From: Amoebophrya sp. A120
Lineage: Eukaryota > Protista > Dinoflagellata
NCBI GenBank assembly: GCA_905178155.1
Contig: CAJINV010000002.1
Span: 4,465,538 to 4,529,537 of the forward strand
Reading direction: 5' to 3'
Length of the DNA stretch: 64,000 bases
A program made the position numbers and the translations under genes. A model generated the notes under the pieces. It was not told the DNA's origin. It was given only the letters and a program-made list of their open reading frames with translations, and searched no databases. Position 1 is the first letter of the stretch, and each line of letters begins with the position of its first letter. Below, one piece after another: positions 38,501 to 48,100 of this stretch.

Positions 38501-41239
38501 CACGACGAGCACTACAACAGAAGTGGACCGCGCTTCTAAAGTAGAACAAATGGCCATCCAGCGGCGGAAAGTTCGCTTTCGCGAGTGGAAGCAGCGGTCG
38601 CAACAGACGAAAACGGAATCCATTCTGAAAACTGCGGCGATCGGTGGCGCAACCGTCGCTGCAATCGGCGTTGCCGGCGTGGAGTTACTCGGAATGGGGA
38701 TGGTGGTCGGGCTCTTAGCCGGGGCGGGAGAGGCGCTGAAAGGCGGGAACAAGGAGACAGAGGCGGAGAAGGCGAAAGAGAAGCCCGCGGCGCTGGAGGG
38801 TGGTAGTGCAAGTGCTACTGTTAGAGACAATGACGCCAGCAGTCCGAAGACGAAGCAGCGGAGGAAAAAAGCGAGCTCGTGGGACAACTACGATTTGGCT
38901 GATAGCGAAGAAATATGCAACATTGCAAAAAATATGTCTGGGTTTGGAAAAATCAATGCCAAGTTTGTCATGCTGTGCTAGCATGAGTGTCAAGTCTGTC
39001 ATGCGAGGTACCCAAAGCCGCCACTTTTGTGTCATGCAAAAACCCAGTTTCTCATGCAGAATAGGCAACACCTACACCTAGGTAGCGACTCAAAAACCTG
39101 TCATGCTGAGCCGTCATTTCTGGCGCTCTCGTGATTCGCCAACCAGCATCACAAGTTTCCAGACCGAGACATATTTGCATTTCATAAGAAAGTGAAGAGT
39201 GCGTGCTGGTCGAGGAGGACATTGATCTGCGAGTTGCCGTATCAAATGTAAAAATGTCTGGGTCTGGAAACTTGTGATGCTGGGTGGCGTCTCATGATGA
39301 GGCCACAAGTGCTGGCTCAGCATGACAAGTTTCTGAGCTTCTAGGTGTTGCCGATTCCGCATGACAAACTGCGCTTCTGCATCACAGAAAAACTACGGAG
39401 CTCTTGAGCAACGTGCATGAGAGATTTAAGAGTCATGCCAGACAAGCATGACAAACATGCACTCTTCCAGACCCAGACACTTTTACACTTGATATGCCGG
39501 AACGATGAACGCACCAGCTTCCTCAAGTTCCAACTCGAGAAAATCTCCGTTCGGCGCAGCCACGACTAGCAGCAGTGCGGGAATAAACAAGAAGAACCTT
39601 GATCATGACGAGGCCAAGAATGGTCGTGCACAAGATGCGCGGCTTACTTCGAAGAAAACAAGTAAACTGAAGACAAGGGAGAAAGACCGACTTTTGAATA
39701 ATCCGGAGAGTCCGATCCTTCTAGAAAGTCCGAGGTCCGATGAAGCTGCTAAAGATACTAGCAACACTCCCTTGTCTAGCAGGAGCAACACCCCAAGATC
39801 GAAAGCGGATAGGGAGAAGAGACGACAATATGCAATGCAAAAGTATGGTACTCGTATAAATACATTACAAATTTCCTCAGCATGAGAAATGAAATTAGGA
39901 TTTGCTTTAAGAAAAAAATTTGTAATGCATGACTGCAATTACTACGAGTGCGATACTTTTGCACAGGATCGACAAGAGAAGAAGTTGAGGAAGGACGAGC
40001 GGACTAGGGGAAAAATTGCGCCGGCGGGAACATCAAATAAAGACAGCCCTGCTCGTAGTCGTAGTCCCGCAACTTCTTGTTCCCCAGCCGCAGCTCCTGA
40101 AGATGAGACAAGCACTTATCATAGGGAAAAATCCCCCTCCCCATATTGAGCAGGTATGCTTACGAAAATTTGTGTTGCTGATTTGAGGTCACAAACCGCA
40201 TTTGTCGCGCAAGAAGGCAAGGGCAGAGGCTTCCGCCCCATTATGGAAGCGATTTGCCATGCTGTTGGGCCTAAAGGGGAGCCGTTTGCCACGCTGAACA
40301 ACTAGGCCCGTACGCCCCTACGTCGCCTGGGAATCTGGCCGCGGTGCCTCTCTGCAATACAAGGCTGGTTTGTGTACACAAATCGAGCATCAGAAATTCC
40401 GTTTTGATATGGGGAGGGGGGATTTTTCCTCTTAATAACACTCCTGCCTTCACCACCGCCGACTGCCTCCGCGCGCTCTGGCGCGAACTATCAATTGCAA
40501 AAGTATCGCACTCGTAGTAATCGCAGTTATGCATTACAAATCTAGTTGGTTAGGTAAATCCGCACTACAAATTTAATTTGTAATGCTGAGCTAATTTGTA
40601 TTGCGATTTGTACTAGTGCGATGCTTTTGCAGTGCATACGAACTGGGGATTGGCAACATCGATTTGATGTTGACGGACGTCGAAGCTGTCGTGTTAGCGG
40701 ACATGCTGGCCGAGGCTTGCGAGCCCGATTCGGCGTACGTGACTTCAGCCTCTACTTCTGCGACGACGAACAAACGACCTTTGTCATCTATGGATGTGCC
40801 AGGATCGAAATCGCCAAAGTTGAAACAGTTTGTCATGCATGATACCGATACCAGTCGGATGCCCACTTATCAAGCGGCGGATGATAAATTTTCCGAGCAC
40901 CGGAGCAATCCACTTTGTCATGCTGCTTGGGCACAAAGGACTGCTTTTGTCATGCTACTTTAGCAGCTCTACTTCAAACCCTAAACAGGCTGGCAGTCGG
41001 CCTCACTTGGCATCCCGGCAAGACAGGCACTTCATGCCTTGCATTTATATATATGCATGACAAATCATTTCAATTCTGACGATTTCGATCCTGACACTCC
41101 CATATCATCTTCGGCGGAGGTAATGCGGTCGTCTTCTGGTGGAAAGGAAGCAGCTGTTGTAGTAGACACATCCGAAGAAGAGGCACTGATAAGACTGCAA
41201 AGGGCTCTGCATCTGTTCAAAGATTTGCGGGAGACCTGA
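35573..41239 (+). CDS. LRAT/NC-domain (permuted NlpC/P60, HRASLS-like) protein, ~894 aa, 13 introners
   Basis: H-box LRPGDHIYVYR..YSHHGIVV, VVHF and NC motif YDFLEKNCELFCEYC. 5667 bp span minus 2982 bp of introns = 2685 bp (895 codons). Confidence 0.85.
35689..35871. mobile_element. Introner, family J-related
   Basis: TIR core GCAAATT..TTCCTT.ACACG; DR AGCCG/AGCCA; splits the YS|HHG H-box. Confidence 0.87.
35915..36176. mobile_element. Introner family B (DR creates GT-AG boundaries)
   Basis: DR ACAGG gives CAG|GTAT...ATAACAG|G. Confidence 0.93.
36316..36576. mobile_element. Introner family B
   Basis: Family B TIR; DR TCAGC. Confidence 0.9.
36974..37127. mobile_element. Introner family A
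   Basis: Family A TIR; DR TACAA/CACAA. Confidence 0.9.
37163..37465. mobile_element. Introner family D
   Basis: Family D TIR; DR AAGCG. Confidence 0.9.
37616..37760. mobile_element. Introner family A
   Basis: Family A TIR; DR ATTGT/ACTGT. Confidence 0.9.
37826..37977. mobile_element. Introner family A
   Basis: Family A TIR; DR GGTTA/GGTTG. Confidence 0.88.
38914..39186. mobile_element. Introner family B
   Basis: Family B TIR; DR AGAAA. Confidence 0.9.
39240..39494. mobile_element. Introner family B
   Basis: Family B TIR; DR TGCCG. Confidence 0.92.
39829..39970. mobile_element. Introner family A
   Basis: Right end ATC; DR GACAA. Confidence 0.9.
40117..40437. mobile_element. Introner family E
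   Basis: Family E TIR; DR GCACT/ACACT. Confidence 0.9.
40489..40638. mobile_element. Introner family A
   Basis: Family A TIR; DR CGAAC. Confidence 0.9.
40789..41104. mobile_element. Introner family D
   Basis: Family D TIR; DR TCATC. Confidence 0.9.
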
Positions 41240-41554
41240 TTGATAAACCCGCGGTGGCACCAGAGGCCGCGTTTCTTCGTTAACTGAGTCTCTGACTTCC
41301 GCTGCTACTGAAAAATCAACAATAAGACTCATGGTTTCGGTTTCAACAACATCATCTAATCTTGCTTGCGGCACCAGCAAATTGCCATGATACAACTTCT
41401 GCTTCTTGGTCCGCTGAGGTCCTACGCATCCCTTTTTCCTCAGGCCGTTGGGAGGAAGCGGAAGGCCCGTACTACTAGTACAAGAAGACATGCGCTAAAA
41501 GTACATAATTTGTCAGCTTATTACAATGGAGTACGTTCCAAAATTGCACCAAGG

Positions 41555-42120
41555 CATTTTTTCGTCTCAGCGCCGGCGCAAGGTGCGGCTGCCCTCCTCC
41601 AACACAACTAGAGGTCGCATTTTCAATTTTTCATTGGGCATTTTTCCATAGTGTTGAATTGCTGCCCAACTTAAAAAAATTGCCTCGAAATCCTTTTTCG
41701 GCCTCTCAGCGAGGGCGAAAAATGCGGCTGTCGTCGAGCGCTAGAGGGCACATTTTCCGATTTTTTAAGGCATTTTACAGACAGGGGATACATTTGGGGT
41801 TGTTTATTTTCCAAAATCGCCGCAAAGTTTTTTTTTGTCCCAGCGCGCGGCGGCGCAAGGTGCGGCTGCCCTGCTACAGCGCTAGAGGGCGCATTTTGTG
41901 ATTTTTTTCTTCAATTTGTAACGGCGTATCGCTGCCCATTTTTTAAAAATTGGCCTAAAATCCTTTTTCGTCTTAGCGGCGCAGCAAGGTGCCGCTGCCG
42001 CCCTCCAACACGACAGCGTAGATTTTTCAATTTTTTTCCCCAATTTTTCAAATACTGGCCCTGGTGCCCAATTTCGCAAAATTGGTTCAAAATCCTCGTT
42101 CGTCTCAGACCTTCGCTTTG
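41555..42120. repeat. Degenerate ~135-bp tandem repeat, about 4 copies
   Basis: Recurrent TTTTCG.CTCAGCG..GGCGCAAGGTGCGGCTGCCCT...CTAGAGG.CGCATTTT near 41560, 41695, 41830 and 41965. Confidence 0.7.
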
Positions 42121-43411
42121 CATGTGAAGAGGGCCTCTGTCCGCCGAGGAGGTGGCAGTCGAAGTTTTTTGTACTAATTTTCGCAGCGCACAAGATAGAA
42201 GAAGGAGCTCTCGTCTAAGATCGTCTCAGCAAAATGCGATCATGTAGTTAGCGGCGTACATCAATTACACTTCGTAAAAAGTAAAAGGGCCACCACCGAA
42301 GGGGAGAGGTCAGCCGCGTGCATGCCGTCGAACGAAGATGGCATGCTTGTTGTCGCTCCACAAACCGCAAAGCCCGCGCACCTAGGTAGGTGCGCGGTGG
42401 TTGTTCAGGGTAGTGGGAGTGGCGTGGTAGTTGTATAGCGGGCGTCAGCTGTTCAAGATAAAACACAGACGCAGGGCACCGCGCTGCCCAGGGGCAGCAG
42501 CAACACGCTGCGCGAGAAAGCGGAGCGACAACAGCAGCAGTATGATGCTAGCAGCGGCCTGACGCCCCTGGGGTCGTTTTTTTTCGTCGTTTTTCGCCGC
42601 GCTTTTGAGGCTGCGTCACGAGCGTGCTCTTCGTCATGTCGAGCATGTGAAACGCCGCGCCTTCCATGCTGACTCAATCCGTGAAAACCAGAAAAATAAC
42701 GCAAAATCCGACTGGTAATTGCCGACTTTCTTTGGGACAGCACACACGGACAGACTTGTCGAGTTAGAATCTACACGATGGCGAAAATGAAGTGTGCTTG
42801 ATTTCTTGAGTGGGGAGAACGAAGATGTGAATAAATTTGAGTGGACGAAAAAACGCACTACATTTGAGAGCGAATTTTAAAATTTTGAGCAGGCGATAGT
42901 TGATGAACGAACTGCCTGTGGCGGGAATATTAAAACAAAGGGTTTTCACCGCTATCAAACAAGAGGGACTTGCTCTTGAGTGATGACCTTCCTTGCATCT
43001 TCTACATAATTTAGAAGTACTTATTTAGTAAAATAACAATTTACAACGAGAAAGAGCCCACCTTTGATGCTCGACGAATGCTCTCTTCCAAGAACGACCG
43101 CCGCAGCCTGGTCGTGCAGTACCATATTTTAATTCGAAATCCGTAAATACTTATTTTGTTCTGCACGAAAACTACAAGAAGATGGTGCGCAAGCGGCCGC
43201 GGGCGGAGGTGCATCAGCTCCCGCCCGGTCGCGACACATGACTTATCCGGTCCTCCAGACGTCAACTACTGCCTGGTACTCGAGACGACGTGAGTGAGCT
43301 TCTAGTTCCAAGTGTGGGTCGTGCTGCAGCTGCAGCAGGCGCAGCTGGAGGGCTAGCTGCTGCCGACGGACGGTAAAGGCAGCCGCACCTGAAGAAGACG
43401 ACCGGCCGACG

Positions 43412-43603
43412 TATGAATTGCAGCAAACCAAGTATCGTACTCGACGTACAGCACGTGTATACTTGCCATGCCGCATGACAGATCTGTTTTTTGTGATATC
43501 TGAACGCGCATGAGGACAATGGGCATTTTGGTTCTTGAAAAATATATTTCTAAGAATGCAATTACAACTACCTAGTGCGATGCCGGTACTTTTGCAATGC
43601 ATA
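43412..43603. mobile_element. Degenerate introner family A
   Basis: TATGAATTGCA...GTATCGTACTCG at left, TTTTGCAATGCATA at right; DR degenerate (CGACG/CCTCG). Confidence 0.75.
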
Positions 43604-44121
43604 CCTCGGGAGGTCGTGCTGCAACATGGCAGCCATCCGTGCCGTGTTGCGGTATGTCCGAATGAATGTGTACCCACACCATAATCTGTAATGCCTTGCT
43701 TGGCGATAGCGATTCATCCTTCGGGCATGACAGTAAAAACTGGCCAGCATCATGCACAAGAATTCGATTGACGACTCCTACTCCATTTTTATTTGGTCTT
43801 CCTCGGAGTGGAAGTGAGGCATAACATAAGCAAATCAGGATTTTTGCTGCAGCTTGATGTGATGATAACGATGATCATGCAGACAGGAGATGAACCTCTG
43901 AGTCTGATGTTGAAGATCTTCCTGAGCGTGGGAGGACGGGTCGGGACGAGAGCGAGACACATGCAGACGTGTCATCTTGCAACATCCTCTGTAAATTCAT
44001 GCTTTGCAGCTCCAAGCAACTAACAGCATTACATTTCGTGACGAAAATTTTGGTACGGGTCGCATTTTCATACCTATACCCTGGCTTCCGGACCCACGAA
44101 GAGTCGGGTGCCGGGGTCCGA

Positions 44122-44271
44122 TATCCTGTGCAAAAGCATCGTACTCGTAGTAATCGCGTTTATGCATTACAAATCTCTTGCTCAAGGTGAATCAGCATTA
44201 CAAATTCAATATGTAATGCTGGGCTAATTTGTAATGCAATTTATACTAGTGCGATGCTTTTGCATTGCATA
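44122..44271. mobile_element. Introner family A
   Basis: Family A TIR; DR TCCGA. Confidence 0.9.
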
Positions 44272-45131
44272 TCCGAAGCACCAACGGGGTCCAAATCTCT
44301 CGCCAGCGGGTTCGGGGAAGACAGTACGGGGAGAGGCTCCTTTTTCGAGCACCTACCGAGTTTTCTATCCATGACATTCTTGATGGTGCGAGTCTTTATT
44401 TTCGTTCAATCGCAGCAAATTACGAAAATTTGCATTTTCAGTAAAAGCTATACTAAGTAATTCACAGACGGGTGATGACCACAACACAATTTTTTGTCAT
44501 AACTTTTACTTTTCTCATAACTTTTACTTTTCTTGATGAGGATTTGCTGCACCGGCATGGCCGACATCAAAGATTTGCGATGCATAACCCGTCGACGTGG
44601 ATGAGGAAGCCGGATTGCAGCGGGCGCTGTCGTATACTCATTGTTCCTTACCAATTTTCTCGAATAACGAAGCGCTTTCATTTTCTCGAAGTAGCATGGT
44701 ATGCTGCACCTTTTTTTAGTAAAAAATTGCATCTCGTACAACATTCACGCATAGATGCCCTTTTTCGCATGATATAATACAACAAAACGCGATCATGTCA
44801 TCGCGGAATGATTTAATATTGACTGTGTAATAGTTTTGGCTTATTGATACTGAAAAAGACAAAAACAATTATTAAAAAAAACAAACAGCCGCTCTTCGGA
44901 CTCCTGTATCACCGATGAAACAGAAAATGTGTGTACTGCTGCAAAAAAACTGCTGCGAGCTGCGGAGGCTAGGCCGTACACCGACTTTCGAAGAACAAGA
45001 AAAGAAATAATGAGCTTCGAACTGGCAGAGGACTTTGTCTTTACCTGATGACTACATGCTTATGTGTACAAGGATCTACTTCTTCAGAGAGCGGTTTATT
45101 CTCTATGCAGTGTTGTATACACCCGTTTCAT

Positions 45132-48100
45132 GTAGTCCCCTCCATACCTCTACTCAAGACCCACGATGTGTACCCATGGATAATACGGCCGAAGGATAAA
45201 CGGAAGGTAGCGTGGGACATGGTGATCGCCGCCAACATTATTTGGACGGTCTCCCTGTCGCCCTACATATCCACGGCAAGTTGTTCCCCGTACTCGTACA
45301 AAAGAAATGCAGTGGCTTTTCTGCATGACAGAACTTGCATTGATTGCCATGCAGCATGACAAGTTAGTAGTGGCATCCTCTTAATAGAAGTTGTTGGCGA
45401 GATGATTTGTCATGCATTTTCTACATGTGCGGGAAATTTGTATTGCATACAACAGAATAGGATTCAACGTGCCAGCCGAGTATCCTGAGTAAAAACGTAC
45501 CCACACCAGAGTTGTAATGCAGATTTGCAAAGACAGGAAGACTTGTAATGCGCACCCCCATGAGAGCCGTTTCCAATCGTGTTTTGGAATTTGTGATGCT
45601 GTGAACAGGATGAGCAGATGAATCTGTGACGCGGCTGCACTTGCTAACCTGCACTACACTGCATAGTGCAACTTGTCATGTGTGACTCACAAAACTCCTC
45701 GGCTTGTGTTGCAAAATCCTCATCCTGACTCTGGTGTGGGTACGTTTTTACTCAGGATACCGAGGGCGGAATGTTTATCTTGGACTGGATCGTGGACTTT
45801 TTTTTCTACATCGACGTCATTCTCAATTTCCGGACGGGTTACTACGCTACGCCTAACAGACTTGCCATATTTACCACCACAAATCGATTTGTGAGGCACA
45901 AGATGAACAAGATGATTATGACATGCATGGGCGCACGGCGGGGAGAAGAATGATTATATGAATATTAGGGTTTTATTCCGCACGATGTACCAGGTTCGAA
46001 CTGAGTCATAAATTGACTTCGAGCATACTTGCGGAAAACAAGAATCCGTACTTGCATCATCAGTGCAATTGAGCTATGTGTCTTGCAAATCAGGGGGACA
46101 TAAGGCGATCTCTTGACTCGTATAAAAGAGGAGGATGTCCTCTATGGGGTTCTCAGACGTTACATTCTCAAGTGTTACATGAATTTGCCATACAAAAGCA
46201 CCATCATCATCCTCACGATCTTCAAGCTGCTCCGCATGACAGATTTGCGAAGGGCTAAGCCGCACCTAAATCTGTGCAGAATTTGTAATGCTACAGGTGC
46301 AACCTTCCCCCTTTCACTTTTCCCATTCTTGCATCACAAGTTCATGTAACAGTTGAGAATGTAACATGTGAGAATGCCATATCCTCGTGCTCAGTCCAAG
46401 ACGAATCGCAAACAACTATTTGCGAGGATGGTATAGTATACATGATAGGATGGAAATGACATTTTGTGTTGTCATGCAGATTTTCATTTCTTTTTTTGTA
46501 TTTTGTTCCAGAGACGCGGACAAGCCTGCAAAAGCAGGACTGAACTTAATCAACTTTAAAAACCACGCCAGGTTCACCCTCGATTTCGTCTCTTCTTTCC
46601 CTTTCGACACCATTCTGCCCCTATCCCGTGCAAAAGCATCGTACTCGTATAAATCAAGTCTTGCATTACAAATTTTTATCTCAAAGTAAATCAGCATGAC
46701 AAATTTTATTTCTCATGCTGGGGAAATTTGTCATGCATTTCTACGAGTACGATACTTTTGCAGTTCATAGCCCCTCATTTTCGACGATCTAGAAAAGGAC
46801 GAGGTGCGAATGCTGCGCATGCTGCGAATTTTCCGTATGGGGTTCTCAACCGTTACATTCTCAACTGTTACATGATTACTATCTAAACTGCAGCAGCTGG
46901 TCAAAAATGCAGGCGAGGGGTATGTTCGGGGGTATGTTCGGGGGTGTGTCAGGGGTATGCAAATCCTCCTCAATCACGAGCGGACTACAATTTTTTGCCG
47001 AAAAGCCAACAGGTGGGGTATAAACATACCCCAGACAGACCCCAGACACACCCCAGACAGACCCCCGAACACACCCCAGGCAAAAAGTCCGAACATACCC
47101 CAGACACACCCCGAACACACCCCGGGCAGACTTTCGGACACACCCCGGGCAGACTTTCGGACACACCCCGGGCAGACTTTCGGACACACCCCGGCCAAAA
47201 TTTCGGACTTTGTCCCGTGAGGTTTGGACCCGAAGTCCAGTCTGTCACGCGAGACCGTGCGGCCAAGGGGCGAAAGCCCTAGGCCAGCGCGGGGACTCGG
47301 TCCCCGCGTCATGGCCTAGGGGCCAGCTGTGAGCGCTTCCCGGACTGACAGACACCGCGCGGCCAAGGGGCGAAAGCCCTAGGCCAGCGCGGGGACTCGG
47401 TCCCCGCGTCATGGCCTAGGGGCCAGCTGTGGGCGCTTCCCGGACACCGTGCGGCCAAGGGGCGAAAGCCCTAGGCCAGCGCGGGGACTCGGACCCCGCG
47501 TCATGGCCTAGGGGCCAGCTGTGAGCGCTTCCCGGACACCGTGCGGCCAAGGGGCGCAAGCACTTCCTAGGCCGGCGCGGGGACTCGGTCCCCGCGTCAT
47601 GGCCTAGGGGCCAGCTGTGAGCGCTTCCCGGACAGACACCGTGCGGCCAAGGGGCGAAAGCCCTAGGCCAGCGCGGGGACTCGGTCCCCGCGTCATGGCC
47701 TAGGGGCCAGCTGTGCCGGAGCGCTTCCCGGGCACCGTGCGGCAAAGGGGCGAAAGCCCTAGGCCAGCGCGGGGACTCGGTCCCCGCGCCATGGCCTAGG
47801 GGCTAGCTTGCAGGCAGCACTTCCCGTGAACCCGTGTGGCCAAGGGGTGAAGGCCCTAGGCCAGCGCGGGGACCCGGTCGGTCCCCGCGTCATGGCCTAG
47901 GGGCCAGCTGTAAGCGCTTCCCGGACACCGCGCGGCCAAGGGCGGGGCGAAGCTAACCCCTAGGGCAGCGCGGGGACTCTGTCCCCGCGCATGGCCTAGG
48001 GGCTAGCTTGCAGCATTTCCTGTGACCCCGTGCGGCCAAAGGGCGAAGGCCCCCCCTGCCTAGGCCAGCGCGCGCGGGGACTCTGTCCCCGCGCCATTGC

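Noticed and set aside
43160-45130. Separate gene upstream of the channel
   Set aside because: Exon-like pieces with two introners exist, but I could not build a consistent model; they may be 5' exons of the channel gene.
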